Positions 1-10,899 of a stretch of 64,000 bases of DNA are shown here, in pieces (the stretch's first letter is position 1; the number at the start of each line of letters is the position of its first letter). Location of the stretch: contig CBDCTZ010000016.1 of the NCBI GenBank assembly GCA_965222375.1, positions 1,920,001 through 1,984,000 on the forward strand. The letters are read 5' to 3'. The notes below the pieces were generated by a model that had not been told where the DNA came from, searched no databases, and worked only from the letters and a program-made list of their open reading frames with translations. The stretch comes from Polyangiaceae bacterium (GTDB lineage: Bacteria; Myxococcota_A; Polyangia; Polyangiales; Polyangiaceae). A program made the translations under genes and the position numbers.

Positions 1-6
1 CCCACT

Positions 7-3000
7 ATGAGGGACCCCCTTGTCTTGAAGCGCACTTTTGGTTGTTCCTGGGTTCTTGCCTGCCTCCTCGTCGCGCAGGTGACCCCCGCTGCTCCGAGCC
101 TGCGTCAGCAGATTGATGTGAGGGGGGATTTCGCCCTCATTGGCAACACCCTGGCTCAGGACTGCGTCAGCGGGACCCCCGCACCGGTCGTAGGTACCGT
201 GGGCGCCTGCGGCACCAATACCGCGGATTCGGCTCCGGACGTCTTCTGGCGCTCTCAGGCGCCAGGTGCAGGGCAGGCGCAAGCCAACACTGCGATCGGC
301 GTCACCGAGGCTCGTAGTACGTCGGTGCTGAGCTTGCCTGTGGGCGCGACCGTGAAGTACGCGCGCCTATACTGGGCAGCCGAAAATTCGTCGGCCACGG
401 CGGATACCACGGTTACCCTGGATCGCCCAGGTGGATTCAGCCAGACCATCACCGCGGACCAGTCGTTTACGGCCGCGGGCAACGCCTACCAGTCCACGGC
501 GGACGTGACGGCGCTGGTTGCTGCCCAAGGCAATGGCGCGTATCGCATTAGCGGCGTGGCCTCGAAAGGCTTCGTCAACGTCAATGACAACGTGAATTTC
601 GCGGGATGGTCCCTCGTCGTTTTCTACGAGGATTTCACCCAGCCATCGCGCAACGTGGCTCTTTTCGACGGCCTCGACCTCGTCAATGGGACCAACAGTC
701 AGAGCGCGACGCTATCGGGGTTCTTGGTGCCCAACGCTGGCTTCGATGCGAAGCTCGGAGTCATCACTTACGAGGGGGACGGCCAGGGCACGGGCGACTC
801 GCTGCGCTTCGGAACCGCACCCCTGACCAACGCCGACCGGTTGAGCGACGCGCTGAATCCCGTGACCAACTTCTTCAACAGTACGCGGTCGAATCTCGGT
901 GTTGCGGTGACCGTACCCGGGGACCTGCCTCAGCTCAGCGGCGCCGCGCGCAGCATGAGCAGCTACGACATGGACATCGTGGACATCACGAGTCGTGTAG
1001 CAGCCGGTCAAACCTCTGCCGACATCGAGGCCACGAGCTCCGGTGACGTTTACTACCTGGGGGCTTTCATCACGTCGATCTCGACGTTCAAGCCTGACTT
1101 CACCGGCACAGAGAAACTAGTTGCGGATCTCAATGGTGGTGCAGTGCTTCCAGGCGACGTGCTGGAGTACACTATCAACGTCGTCAATGGCGGTAACGAT
1201 ACGGCGGTCAATACGATGCTGGCCGATGTGGTGCCGGCAGGTGTGACCTATCAGCCCAATTCCATTTCGATCACCTCTGGCCCCAACGCGGGCGCGAAGA
1301 CGGACGCCAGTGGTGACGATCAAGCGGAATACAGCGTGGGCACCTCCACAGTCACTGTACGCCTCGGCACGGGCGCGAATGCGACACAGGGAGGCACATT
1401 GGCGCCGGGAGCCACGACCGTCGTCAAGTTCCGCGTGACCGTGGATGCTTCGGCCAGCGGTACCATCAACAACCAAGCAAACGTGACGGCATCCGGACAA
1501 CTGGGCGCGCCCCCGGATAATTGGCCGAGCGATGGCAACGGCTCGGGCAGCGGCTCTCCGCCCACCCCAGTCATCATTGATGAATGCGGCACGAATGCGG
1601 ACTGCGCGGCGCCAACGCCGCTCTGCAAGACCGCCGCAAACCCCAATGTGTGCGTGCAGTGTCTCAGCTTCGCAAACTGTGGCGGCAACACGCCGCTTTG
1701 CAATGCCAATACGAACAAGTGCCAAGGCTGCGTGGCGGATTTCCAGTGCCCAGCCGCCACACCCGCGTGCCAGCCCAGCGGCGCATGTGGGCAGTGCTCG
1801 GCGACCAACACCACGCAGTGCACCGGTGCGAACCCCCTATGCGACGTCACCACGGGCACCTGCACGGGCTGCACCACCGACGCCCAGTGCTCTGGCACGA
1901 CCCCGGCTTGTCAGCCTTCGGGCGTTTGCGGGGAGTGCTCGGCGACGAATACCAGCCAATGCACCGGGGCCACGCCGAACTGTGACACCACGACGGGCAC
2001 TTGCGTGGCCTGCATCAATGACACTCAGTGCTCGGGTGCTACCCCCAAGTGCAACGCCTCCAATAACACCTGCGTGGAGTGCCTCACGAACACCGATTGC
2101 CCAGGGTTGACTCCAACCTGCAGCGCCAGCAACACCTGCGTGTGCGTCCCGACCGGGGCCGAGGTCTGCGGCAATGGTCTCGACGACGACTGTAATGGCA
2201 CTGTCGACGATGGCTGCACCGACACGGACGGTGACGGGCTCTCGGACGACCAAGAGAAACTCATTGGTACCGATCCCAACGACGCGGACAGCGACGACGA
2301 CGGCGTGATTGACGGCGACGAGCCCAAGCCCGACGAGGACACCGACGGTGATGGTCTGATCAACGCCCTTGATCCGGACAGCGATAACGACGGCCTCTTC
2401 GACGGCACGGAGCTCGGCAAGGACTGCTCCAACTCGGCAACAGACGCTGCCGCTGGCGCATGCCGTGCGGATGCGGATGCCACCACGACGACGGATCCCC
2501 TCAACGCCGACACCGATGGCGGTGGGGTGAACGATGGCGCCGAAGACGCGAACCTCGATGGCAAGGTGGACTCCGGGGAACAAGATCCGACCACCGGTAA
2601 CGACGCCGACGACGCCAACGTCACTGACACAGATGGTGACGGACTATCCGACGCCATGGAGACCTTCCTGGGCTCGGATCCCAACGATGCAGACACTGAT
2701 GATGACGGCCTGCTCGATGGCGACGAGCCCAATCCAAGCCACGACACGGATGGCGACGGCCTGATCAACCTGCTGGACGTGGACAGCGACAACGACGCGC
2801 TCTTCGACGGTACGGAGCTGGGCAAGAACTGCGACGACCCCGCCACGAACACGGCCCTCGGTCACTGTCGCGCCGATGCCGACGCCGGGACCACCACGAC
2901 GAGCGCGCTGCTCCGGGATACGGACGGGGGCGGTGTGATGGATGGCTCCGAAGACGCCAATCTCAACGGCGTCGTCGATACGGGAGAGACGGATCCAGTT

Positions 3001-3828
3001 GTCGGCCAAGGCGCGGATGACGGCAATGTCGTCGACACGGACGGCGATGGCCTGTCGGACGAGCTCGAGGCGACTCTCAAGACGGATCCCAACGATGCTG
3101 ATAGCGATGACGACGGCCTCGTGGATGGCGACGAGCCCAATCTCAGCGACGACCATGACGGAGACGGCACCATCAACGCCCTCGACGAGGATAGCGATGG
3201 CGACGGGCTCTTCGATGGAACCGAGGCGGGGCGGGACTGCTCTAACAGCGCTACGGACGCGAGCAAGAACAAGTGCCGCGCGGATGCCGACCCCACAACT
3301 ACGACCGGCGTGCTCCAGAAGGACACGGACGGCGGCAGTGTGGAAGATGGCGAAGAGGACGCCAACAAGGACGGCAAGGTCGATCAAGGCGAGACGGACC
3401 CCAACGATCCTGCTGACGACACTTGTCAGTCAGACGCAGACTGTGGCACTGCCAACGATGGTCTGGTGTGCGATGACTCCACGAACCGCTGCGTGTCTGG
3501 TTGTCGCGGTGTCGGCGTTGGCGCCGGTTGCCCCAGTGGTCAAGTCTGCAGCAGCACCGACGCCAGCATTGGCCAATGCAATCCCACGGGTAGTGGTGGC
3601 GCCGCCGGCGCGGCTGGTGCGGCTGGCACCGGCGCTGCTGCTGGCGCTGGTGGCAGCGGGCTCACGGGCAGTGGCGGCAGTTCCGCCTTCCTCGAGGGGT
3701 TCACCCTGGAAGGTGGTGGTTGCGGCTGCAGCACGCCGCGAAGCACGAATACGCCAATTGCTTGGGCCCTGGCCGCCTTGGCCGCGGGAGGAATCGCATT
3801 CTCCCGCCGCCGACGGCGTCATGGCTAG
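7..3828 (+). CDS. Large secreted surface protein: N-terminal beta domain, DUF11-like domain, Cys-rich repeats, Asp-rich Ca-binding (TSP3-like) repeats, MYXO-CTERM-like anchor (TraA-like architecture)
   Basis: Signal peptide; 'PGDVLEYTINVVN' DUF11-like motif; many CxxxxxCxxxxPxC repeats; DTDGDGLSD repeats; C-terminal GGGCGC followed by a TM helix and RRRRR. Confidence 0.8.
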   Translation: MRDPLVLKRTFGCSWVLACLLVAQVTPAAPSLRQQIDVRGDFALIGNTLAQDCVSGTPAPVVGTVGACGTNTADSAPDVFWRSQAPGAGQAQANTAIGVTEARSTSVLSLPVGATVKYARLYWAAENSSATADTTVTLDRPGGFSQTITADQSFTAAGNAYQSTADVTALVAAQGNGAYRISGVASKGFVNVNDNVNFAGWSLVVFYEDFTQPSRNVALFDGLDLVNGTNSQSATLSGFLVPNAGFDAKLGVITYEGDGQGTGDSLRFGTAPLTNADRLSDALNPVTNFFNSTRSNLGVAVTVPGDLPQLSGAARSMSSYDMDIVDITSRVAAGQTSADIEATSSGDVYYLGAFITSISTFKPDFTGTEKLVADLNGGAVLPGDVLEYTINVVNGGNDTAVNTMLADVVPAGVTYQPNSISITSGPNAGAKTDASGDDQAEYSVGTSTVTVRLGTGANATQGGTLAPGATTVVKFRVTVDASASGTINNQANVTASGQLGAPPDNWPSDGNGSGSGSPPTPVIIDECGTNADCAAPTPLCKTAANPNVCVQCLSFANCGGNTPLCNANTNKCQGCVADFQCPAATPACQPSGACGQCSATNTTQCTGANPLCDVTTGTCTGCTTDAQCSGTTPACQPSGVCGECSATNTSQCTGATPNCDTTTGTCVACINDTQCSGATPKCNASNNTCVECLTNTDCPGLTPTCSASNTCVCVPTGAEVCGNGLDDDCNGTVDDGCTDTDGDGLSDDQEKLIGTDPNDADSDDDGVIDGDEPKPDEDTDGDGLINALDPDSDNDGLFDGTELGKDCSNSATDAAAGACRADADATTTTDPLNADTDGGGVNDGAEDANLDGKVDSGEQDPTTGNDADDANVTDTDGDGLSDAMETFLGSDPNDADTDDDGLLDGDEPNPSHDTDGDGLINLLDVDSDNDALFDGTELGKNCDDPATNTALGHCRADADAGTTTTSALLRDTDGGGVMDGSEDANLNGVVDTGETDPVVGQGADDGNVVDTDGDGLSDELEATLKTDPNDADSDDDGLVDGDEPNLSDDHDGDGTINALDEDSDGDGLFDGTEAGRDCSNSATDASKNKCRADADPTTTTGVLQKDTDGGSVEDGEEDANKDGKVDQGETDPNDPADDTCQSDADCGTANDGLVCDDSTNRCVSGCRGVGVGAGCPSGQVCSSTDASIGQCNPTGSGGAAGAAGAAGTGAAAGAGGSGLTGSGGSSAFLEGFTLEGGGCGCSTPRSTNTPIAWALAALAAGGIAFSRRRRRHG

Positions 3829-3912
3829 GATCCGAGTGCCGGGCACCCTAGCGTTCCGCAACCCCGAGAGATAACGACCGACCCACACGTTCCCGTTGAT
3901 TTAGGTGCACTC

Positions 3913-5655
3913 ATGAAACGCGTACTCACTTCCCTTCTGGCACTCTCTGCAACCCTCGCGGCTCCCGCCGCCATGGCTCAGTCCGAGGGCTTCTCTCTCA
4001 ACCGCTTCGACCCTTCGGAGCGGGGCAGCGATTGGTTTTCTGCGGAGTCCCTCGATCTGCGCGGCCACATGCGGCCGGCGATCGGTGCGGTGTTCGACTA
4101 TGGCTACAAACCCCTCGTGTTCTACGATCAAGCCACCGACGACGAAGTGGCTGCCATCGTCGAGCACCAGCTCTACGCACACCTCGGTGGCTCGCTGATC
4201 CTGTGGGAGCGCCTGCGTCTTGGGCTCAATGTGCCGGTTGCAATCGTCAACGAAGGCGAAGACCTCGATCTTGGTGGTGGCAACGTCGTGACCGCTGAGC
4301 GCGGTGGCGGTATTGGCGACGTGCGGCTCGGAGCAGACGTTCGCCTGCTCGGGAGCTATCGGAAGCCGTTTTCTCTCGCGGCCGGCTTGCAGCTGCACCT
4401 GCCGACTGGCAAGCAAGAGGCGTTCACGGGCGACGGCAAGGTGCGCGTGGTGCCGCGCTTGTTGGCCGCAGGCGACATCGGGCCGCTAGCCTACGCGGCG
4501 CGGGTGTCCTTCAACTACCGTGCACAGCAAGATGATTTCGACGGTGAAGCCTTCGGCAGTGAGTTCGGCTTTGGCGCGGCCATCGGCGTACGGGTTCTCG
4601 AAGACAAGCTGCTGCTCGGACCGGAGCTCTACGGCTCCACGGTGGTGAGCGACGGCGGGGACGGTGCTTTCGACCGGAAGACCACGCCCGTGGAACTCGT
4701 ACTCGGCGGTCACTACAACGTCAGCGACGACTGGCGCATCGGCCTCGGGGCCGGGCCTGGTTTGAGCCGCGGCTACGGCTCGCCCCAGGTGCGGGTATTG
4801 GCCAGCATCGAGTGGTTCCCGAAGTTCGAGGAAGAAAAGGCCCCGGAAGGGCCGAAGGACACGGACGGGGACGGCATTTTCGACAAGGATGACGCCTGCG
4901 TCGACGTACCTGGTGTGGCGACGGATGATCCCAAGACTCACGGTTGCCCGCCTCCGAGCGATCGCGACGGCGACGGGATCTTGGACGAGTTGGATGCCTG
5001 CCCCGACGAGAAGGGCGTTGAAAGCGAGGATCCGGAGAAGCACGGCTGTCCGCTGCCTGGTGATCGCGATGGTGACGGCATCATCGACGGAGAGGACGCT
5101 TGCCCGGACGAGAAGGGCGTTGCGACCGATGATCCGAAGACCAACGGCTGTCCGCCGCCAAAGGATACGGATGGCGATGGCATCATCGATCCCGAAGATG
5201 CGTGTCCCAAGCAGGCGGGGCCGCGCAGCGAAGATCCGAAGAAGCATGGCTGCCCGAAGGCCAAGATCGTGGGCACCAAGATCGAGATCCTGGAGCGCGT
5301 CGAGTTCGACACGAACAAGGCGACGATTCGCAAGGAGAGCGATCCGGTGCTCAATGCGGTGCTAGACATCTTGAAAAAGTATCCGGGCATCAAGAAGGTG
5401 AGCGTCGAGGGTCATACGGACAGTCGCGGTGGCGTCGGCTACAATATCGCTCTGTCCAGGCGGCGTGCGGCCTCGGTGGTCAAGTGGCTGACCTCCCGCG
5501 GTATCGACAAGGGTCGGCTGACTTCCAAGGGCTTTGGTCCCAAGAAGCCCATTGATACCAATGACACCGCCGAAGGCCGCCAAAACAACCGGCGCGTGGA
5601 GTTCCACATCACCGAGGGCGAAGCCCGCAAGGACGTCAAGGTCGAGACCAAATAG
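3913..5655 (+). CDS. OmpA-family outer-membrane protein (beta-barrel, TSP3 repeats, OmpA C-terminal domain), TraB-like
   Basis: Signal peptide; DxDGDGIxDxxDACP x4; 'VEGHTDSRG..YN..LS..RA' and 'NRRVEF' OmpA motifs. Confidence 0.88.
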   Translation: MKRVLTSLLALSATLAAPAAMAQSEGFSLNRFDPSERGSDWFSAESLDLRGHMRPAIGAVFDYGYKPLVFYDQATDDEVAAIVEHQLYAHLGGSLILWERLRLGLNVPVAIVNEGEDLDLGGGNVVTAERGGGIGDVRLGADVRLLGSYRKPFSLAAGLQLHLPTGKQEAFTGDGKVRVVPRLLAAGDIGPLAYAARVSFNYRAQQDDFDGEAFGSEFGFGAAIGVRVLEDKLLLGPELYGSTVVSDGGDGAFDRKTTPVELVLGGHYNVSDDWRIGLGAGPGLSRGYGSPQVRVLASIEWFPKFEEEKAPEGPKDTDGDGIFDKDDACVDVPGVATDDPKTHGCPPPSDRDGDGILDELDACPDEKGVESEDPEKHGCPLPGDRDGDGIIDGEDACPDEKGVATDDPKTNGCPPPKDTDGDGIIDPEDACPKQAGPRSEDPKKHGCPKAKIVGTKIEILERVEFDTNKATIRKESDPVLNAVLDILKKYPGIKKVSVEGHTDSRGGVGYNIALSRRRAASVVKWLTSRGIDKGRLTSKGFGPKKPIDTNDTAEGRQNNRRVEFHITEGEARKDVKVETK

Positions 5656-5729
5656 GTCCTTCGGGCAAAGTGCGGACTGCCCCGGTTAGCGGGGCAGCGC
5701 CGCCTGCGTGATAGCGCTCCAGTTTTCGC

Positions 5730-6461
5730 TCAAGCGTACCGGCGTCGCCGGAGGAGCAGCATCGCGAGCAGTCCTGACACCAGGAGCACGGCCGTTGGCT
5801 GTCCCGTGGGGGAGCCAACGGCGCAGCGGCCGCAACCGCTTTTGCCCGGGGGTGACGAGGCGGATTCCGGTGCGGCAGGCGCGGCTGGCGACTTTGGAGT
5901 AGCGGGCTTGTCTGCTACGGGAGGTGCGGACTTCTTCACCGGAACGCCTTCGACGGGGTCAACTAGGACCTTCGAAATCGTGCACGCTCCGGCGGCGATC
6001 TTGGTGGCGGACAGTCTATCTACGATTTTCGAACGTCCGTTGTCCGAGGGCAGCGAAAAACGGGGTGCCGGTCCGCCGGTGCACTTCACGATGTCAGGTC
6101 GCTTGATCAGCGCATCAAGCGCCGGGTTTTCATGATCGGCCCTGGGCTCGTAGCTTTCCTTCCACCTATCGTAGGCTGCCCGTGGCATGGCGTAGAGCTT
6201 TGGGGTGGGACTGCGGCGGCCGACCCGCACGGGCTCGTCGTTCTCGATCACGGTGTGTTCTCGAGTCGGAGCGCCGTTCGAGAGGCTCCAAGGGTAGGCG
6301 AAGACCACGAAGTCTTTGAACCCGGCAAGGCCCTCCACCGTGAAGCTATAGCTGACGAACTTGGTACCATCGAGTGGCGGCAAGTCGGCTTTGCTCTCGC
6401 CGCCGAAACTGAGGCTTGTGGCAACGACGCCCAGGCAGACCAGCGCTTGTAGCTTTGTCAC
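5730..6461 (-). CDS. Secreted protein with MYXO-CTERM-like anchor
   Basis: Signal peptide; C-terminal 'SGCGRC', then a hydrophobic helix and RRRR. Confidence 0.7.
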   Translation of the reverse strand: MTKLQALVCLGVVATSLSFGGESKADLPPLDGTKFVSYSFTVEGLAGFKDFVVFAYPWSLSNGAPTREHTVIENDEPVRVGRRSPTPKLYAMPRAAYDRWKESYEPRADHENPALDALIKRPDIVKCTGGPAPRFSLPSDNGRSKIVDRLSATKIAAGACTISKVLVDPVEGVPVKKSAPPVADKPATPKSPAAPAAPESASSPPGKSGCGRCAVGSPTGQPTAVLLVSGLLAMLLLRRRRYA

Positions 6462-6556
6462 GGCCGCAGTCTATCGCCGAGCTCGGCTCCAGGCGAGTTG
6501 GTGCAACAGATGCCAAGAATTGGGCTCGGGACGCGATCCGCACCTAGGCTGCCCGC

Positions 6557-6925
6557 ATGAGACCCGGACAACTCCGCCGCGTCGCCAGTTGGGCTGGAGC
6601 CTTCTGCTGCTCGAGCCTGGTGGTCGGCTGTATGGCCGTGTTTCCGGTTTCTGCTACTGGCAAGGGCTGCTCGGGAGAGGCCGCGGATTTCTACCCCGCC
6701 CGCGCCGTGGTGGAAAAGCGGGCCGCCCTCGAGCTTTCGTGTCCCGAGGGCCTGCAGGTACAGCCACGCTCGGATATCGAATTCACCGCAAGCGGCTGTG
6801 GCCAGAGCCAGCGTTATCTGTGTGAGGCAGACGCCGTCTCCGGCTGCAGTCTGGACGATGCCGCCGAGCGCGAGGGCTGCCAAGCCCTCGGTCGCGTGAT
6901 CCGTCCTCGTTCCGCAGCATTCTGA
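6557..6925 (+). CDS. Hypothetical small Cys-containing exported protein
   Basis: ORF fills the intergenic gap; 'RAALELSC...ASGCGQ..RYLC' pattern. Confidence 0.45.
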   Translation: MRPGQLRRVASWAGAFCCSSLVVGCMAVFPVSATGKGCSGEAADFYPARAVVEKRAALELSCPEGLQVQPRSDIEFTASGCGQSQRYLCEADAVSGCSLDDAAEREGCQALGRVIRPRSAAF

Positions 6926-6973
6926 AACACGAGCGGCGTACGAGAGGTACGCCGCCCGGCTGGCGAATCGCTA

Positions 6974-7441
6974 TTAGCCCGTCTTCAGTCCGGAGCAGGA
7001 GGACATGATCTCGATCTCCTTGGTGCCTTCGCTGACGGAGGCATTGGAGAGCCCGTTGTCCTTGTCGTCGACGATCCAAAGCTGATCGCCCGGCTTGAAG
7101 GTGTGGCTAGAGCGCGAATTCGAGCTGACCGTCGAGTACTTGCCGCTGCCAAACTTGGGCTTGTCGCCAAAGAAGACTCGCACGGTCTTGCTGCAAGAGC
7201 TCTTGATCGTCACGCTGACCGTAGAGGGCGCTTTGGCGGCTTCGGGAGCCTTGCTCTCTTCGCCAGCGGCTTCGTTGACCTGCGCTGTGGAGGGCGTGGC
7301 ACCGGGCGTTGCGGCCGCGCCGGGAGTGGCCTGCCCAGCTGCGGGCGGTTGAGCCATCATGCTGCCGTACTGACCGAGGGCGGAGCATCCGCTGATGAGG
7401 GAAATGAGGCCAAGAGCGGAAGCGAGTCGAATGCTAGTCAT
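6974..7441 (-). CDS. Hypothetical lipoprotein
   Basis: AGGAG RBS before the ATG at 7441; lipobox ISGC. Confidence 0.7.
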   Translation of the reverse strand: MTSIRLASALGLISLISGCSALGQYGSMMAQPPAAGQATPGAAATPGATPSTAQVNEAAGEESKAPEAAKAPSTVSVTIKSSCSKTVRVFFGDKPKFGSGKYSTVSSNSRSSHTFKPGDQLWIVDDKDNGLSNASVSEGTKEIEIMSSCSGLKTG

Positions 7442-7688
7442 CTGAGTTTCTCCTGATGCGGCGCGCCCGCCTTGGGTCACGCTGGTTTTCGCGCGCCCTA
7501 GTGCAGCGCCTGTGCCATCAGGAAAGTTCAGTAATTACAGCCGGTTAGAGTTCTGGCGCTGGGGCTTCGTGCCACGAAGCCCGCGCGAGCTGGGGCTCCA
7601 TGGCCCCAGCTCTGGCTCGACGGGTAGCCGCCCGACGCCCTGGTGCCGCGCACCATCGCGCGGCCATCCCCCTGCTCGAGTTCAACCC

Positions 7689-8117
7689 TCAGGCGACGAC
7701 GCGGGAAAGAGCCTCCGCGATTCTCGTCCAGCCACCCTCGTGGTTGCTGCGCGACTCCTCATTCGGAAAGCCCGCGTGGTGCAAGGTCAGTTCGGTTTCT
7801 CGTTCGCCCAACTCCTTGAAGGTCAGAGTGACCAGACTATCTGGCACCGTGTTGGCGGAGATCCAAGTGAAGGCCAGTGTCTTGTACTTGTCGATGCGCC
7901 TGTACTCGCCACGGTGGGGCAACTCCTTGTCTCCCGCTTGCATGACGATCAGGAAGCTCCCGCCTTCCTTGGCATCTACTTCCGCTTTCGGCACGTTCAT
8001 GTTGTCCGCGGGACACATGAACTTCATCAGTGCGTCAGCACTGAGCCAGGCTTCGAAGACGTCCTTGGGAGATGCCGGAATGGTACGCTTGACGGTGAGT
8101 TCGAAGTTTTGAGTCAT
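7689..8117 (-). CDS. SRPBCC/Aha1-like ligand-binding protein
   Basis: 'KRTIPASPKDVFEAW...EGGW' pattern; ATGA overlap with the ArsR gene. Confidence 0.85.
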   Translation of the reverse strand: MTQNFELTVKRTIPASPKDVFEAWLSADALMKFMCPADNMNVPKAEVDAKEGGSFLIVMQAGDKELPHRGEYRRIDKYKTLAFTWISANTVPDSLVTLTFKELGERETELTLHHAGFPNEESRSNHEGGWTRIAEALSRVVA

Positions 8118-8485
8118 TTGTCTTTTCCTTTTGTTGTCTTTACGTAGTCCACGAGCGAGTCCAGGCGGCCGCTCCAGAAGTGGTGGTAGAAGTGCAGCCA
8201 CTCATAGGGTTGCTGCAGAGCCTCCCAATTCGCGCTGATCCAGTGCTCGCGCCCGTCGACTCGGCGCAGCACCAAGCCGGCTTTTTCGAGCACCTTCAGG
8301 TGCTTGGAAACGCCGTTCAGGCTCATCGAAAAGGCCTCTGCCAGGTCCCCCACCTTCAGCTCGCCCGCTTCTCGCAGCAGCTCGATGATTCGCCGCCGAG
8401 AGGGATCCGCGAGGGTGTGGAACACCGAACTGAGGCGCTCATCCCGCGCGGCATCGACCTTTTTCCGGCTGCGTCGTTCAACCAT
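8114..8485 (-). CDS. ArsR/SmtB-family transcriptional regulator
   Basis: 'LADPSRRRIIELL...VSKHLKVLEKAGLV' HTH signature. Confidence 0.9.
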   Translation of the reverse strand: MVERRSRKKVDAARDERLSSVFHTLADPSRRRIIELLREAGELKVGDLAEAFSMSLNGVSKHLKVLEKAGLVLRRVDGREHWISANWEALQQPYEWLHFYHHFWSGRLDSLVDYVKTTKGKDK

Positions 8486-8517
8486 GTGGTTGATTGTATG
8501 TTCAACCACATGGTTGA
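8478..8517. promoter_or_regulatory. Two tandem palindromic operators TCAACC-N4-GGTTGA overlapping the ArsR start
   Basis: TCAACCATGTGGTTGA at 8478-8493 and TCAACCACATGGTTGA at 8502-8517. Confidence 0.75.
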
Positions 8518-8611
8518 TCAACCCCCTGAGAGTATTTTTGTGGGTTTGGGGTCGAGCGGAGTTGGGGCGGAGCTGGGCGCTCATCCCGCGTCGGGGCTCG
8601 CGGAACGCGAG

Positions 8612-10897
8612 TCACTCGACTTGCTTCGGGTGGCCGGCGTCGCAGTACCACTTCTCCGGCAGAGTGGTCAGGTGGTCACAGGTGGCGGACGACCAACCCC
8701 GCGCAAGGCTGGCCGTGCTTCCCACTAGATCGGCCCCGCGCACGTCCGCTTCCGTTAGGTCAGCGCCACCCAGCTCGGCCTCCATCAGCGCAGCCGCGGT
8801 GAGCTTGGCCTGCCTCAGGTTCGCGCCGCGAAAGTTCGCTTGTGCGAGATCGGCCCCGCTGAGGTCGGCTTTCTCGAGATTGAGGCCCGACAGGTCCCGG
8901 GCACCCAACCGGGTGAGTTCGTTCACGGCGCGAGCACGTGTGCCGAGATCGGCTTGCTGCGCAGTGAGCCGCAGACGGTAGACCAGTAGCTGAGCTGGTT
9001 CCGCAACGAGCAAGCACGATGCAACCAAAGCGATCGCAGACAGGCGCAGCGCTACAAATTGTTTCTTCGGTCTGGGGAGAAGCAGCGTCGCCATCGCGAG
9101 GCTCAGGATCACCGCCACGGTCAGCACCGTGCCGAGGCGCTGGTCTGGTACTGGAGTCAGTCCACCAGCGGCCAAGACTGCGAGCATGCCAACGATTCCA
9201 GCCGCACCGATTCGCTTCTCAGTGGGTCGCGAAATCCACTTTGCCTGTACCGCCAGCGGTGTCGCGGGCGGTTCCGCAGCTCGCGGCGGTTCTGCATACG
9301 GCCCAACCTCGAACGTCGGTCCGCGGGTGGGGGGCAGGCTGCTGATTTGGTAAGGCAGAAAGTTGGTTTCGATCTCGCCCGCCAGCCCGACGCTTTCGAA
9401 CTGTTCGTAGTTCTCGAGATCTTCGATCAGGCTTGCCACCCACTGATAGCGCGCCGGGGGGTCGAGCAGCGTGGCCTTGCGCACGATTCGCACGAGTCCA
9501 CTCGGTTGTTTCGCGAGGGATTCGAGGGTTGGGACCTCCTCCACGGCGTCTTCAGGCGTCTCCCCGAGTAGCAAGAAGTGGAACAGCCGACCCAAGCTGT
9601 AGATATCTACGGTGGGGCTTTGTGTGCCCGAGCCCAAGACCTCCTCGGGCGCGGAATAGGCGCGGTAGCCTCGGAGATCTCCGGACTCGGCAGCTAGGCT
9701 TGGAAGGTCGGCAACGTCGACATCAGCCAAAATCGGCTCCAAGTCCTCACTCAACAAGACGTTGGACGGTTTCAGACAGCGATGGATGACGCCGGAGTCG
9801 TGTAGCTTCTCCACTCCCTTGCAGAGTTTTATGAAGAAATCGACTAGTTGCCGCGTTTTCAAGTTGAGGGCAGGCAAGCTCTCGAGATTGCCGTTCGCGT
9901 GGTAGGGCATGACGTAGGCCAGCCCGTTCAGATCATTGGCCAGCACGCTGACAACCGGGGGCGCCTCCGCGGCATCCATTTGATTCAACCGATTGAGCGT
10001 GCGGACGCTGCGACGAAACGCGGCCGAGCAAGTCCCGGACGAATAGCTCCGGAGATTGAAGAACTTGATCACCGCCTTGGCGCCGTTGCTATCCATCCCA
10101 AACCAGGTCTCAGAGTGCATTCCGCGGGCCATGCGGCGCTTCAGCCAGGCGCCGAGGACCTCGTCTCCTTCACGACGGTCTGCGATGACGATCCCCGGAA
10201 GCTCTGAGTCGGGCGCCCGCGGGCGGAGCGATGGCGGCGGGCGCGAAGGAGCGTCGAGGCCGGGCGGCAGCGACAGCATTCGGAGTTCCTCGACGTACAA
10301 GCTGGATGGGGGCTGCGACTGTTGGTGGGAGACCCTTGCCCGACGCTCCTTTAGTTCTGCCGTGGCCAAGGCGCGAATGGATGCTGAGACCGCCGTGGCG
10401 CCGCATGCGTGTTGCACGCGTTCGGAGAACTCTGAAAGCCCGACGAGCTCGGTGCCGGCGCGCCACAAGGCGATGACGCCTCGGTCATCGAGCCCGGATA
10501 GCTCGCATGCGGCAAAGTCCATTCGGGCGCCAACCCAACTGGCTGGCTCGCCGCGCATTCCGGACAGGTTGGCGCCAGTGAGATTAGCACCAGCCAGACA
10601 CGCCCCCTCGAGACGCGCCTGCTCGAGGTTGGCTCCAGAGAGATCTGCATCCGTGAGGTCGGCGCCGTTTAGGTCGACCCGTTCAAGGCAGGCATTCTGG
10701 AGTTGAGCGTTGCCGAGCTTCGCTCCAGACAGCGTCGCGAAGTCGAGATGGGCGGAGCGCAGATCCGCGCCGACCAGGTCGGCCCTCAACAGGTGGGCGC
10801 CGCGAAGATCGGTTTCTCTCAACTCGATCGTCGCCGGCGTTCCTGCCCGCCGCGCGTCGAGGACTGAGAACAGATGCTTCAGAGCAAGGCTATCCAT
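8612..10897 (-). CDS. Pentapeptide-repeat / Ser-Thr kinase-like / transmembrane / pentapeptide-repeat protein
   Basis: A(D/N)LxG repeats at both ends; '[11 protein letters not shown]', 'APE' and 'DIYSLG' kinase motifs; TM helices. Confidence 0.85.
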   Translation of the reverse strand: MDSLALKHLFSVLDARRAGTPATIELRETDLRGAHLLRADLVGADLRSAHLDFATLSGAKLGNAQLQNACLERVDLNGADLTDADLSGANLEQARLEGACLAGANLTGANLSGMRGEPASWVGARMDFAACELSGLDDRGVIALWRAGTELVGLSEFSERVQHACGATAVSASIRALATAELKERRARVSHQQSQPPSSLYVEELRMLSLPPGLDAPSRPPPSLRPRAPDSELPGIVIADRREGDEVLGAWLKRRMARGMHSETWFGMDSNGAKAVIKFFNLRSYSSGTCSAAFRRSVRTLNRLNQMDAAEAPPVVSVLANDLNGLAYVMPYHANGNLESLPALNLKTRQLVDFFIKLCKGVEKLHDSGVIHRCLKPSNVLLSEDLEPILADVDVADLPSLAAESGDLRGYRAYSAPEEVLGSGTQSPTVDIYSLGRLFHFLLLGETPEDAVEEVPTLESLAKQPSGLVRIVRKATLLDPPARYQWVASLIEDLENYEQFESVGLAGEIETNFLPYQISSLPPTRGPTFEVGPYAEPPRAAEPPATPLAVQAKWISRPTEKRIGAAGIVGMLAVLAAGGLTPVPDQRLGTVLTVAVILSLAMATLLLPRPKKQFVALRLSAIALVASCLLVAEPAQLLVYRLRLTAQQADLGTRARAVNELTRLGARDLSGLNLEKADLSGADLAQANFRGANLRQAKLTAAALMEAELGGADLTEADVRGADLVGSTASLARGWSSATCDHLTTLPEKWYCDAGHPKQVE

Positions 10898-10899
10898 CG

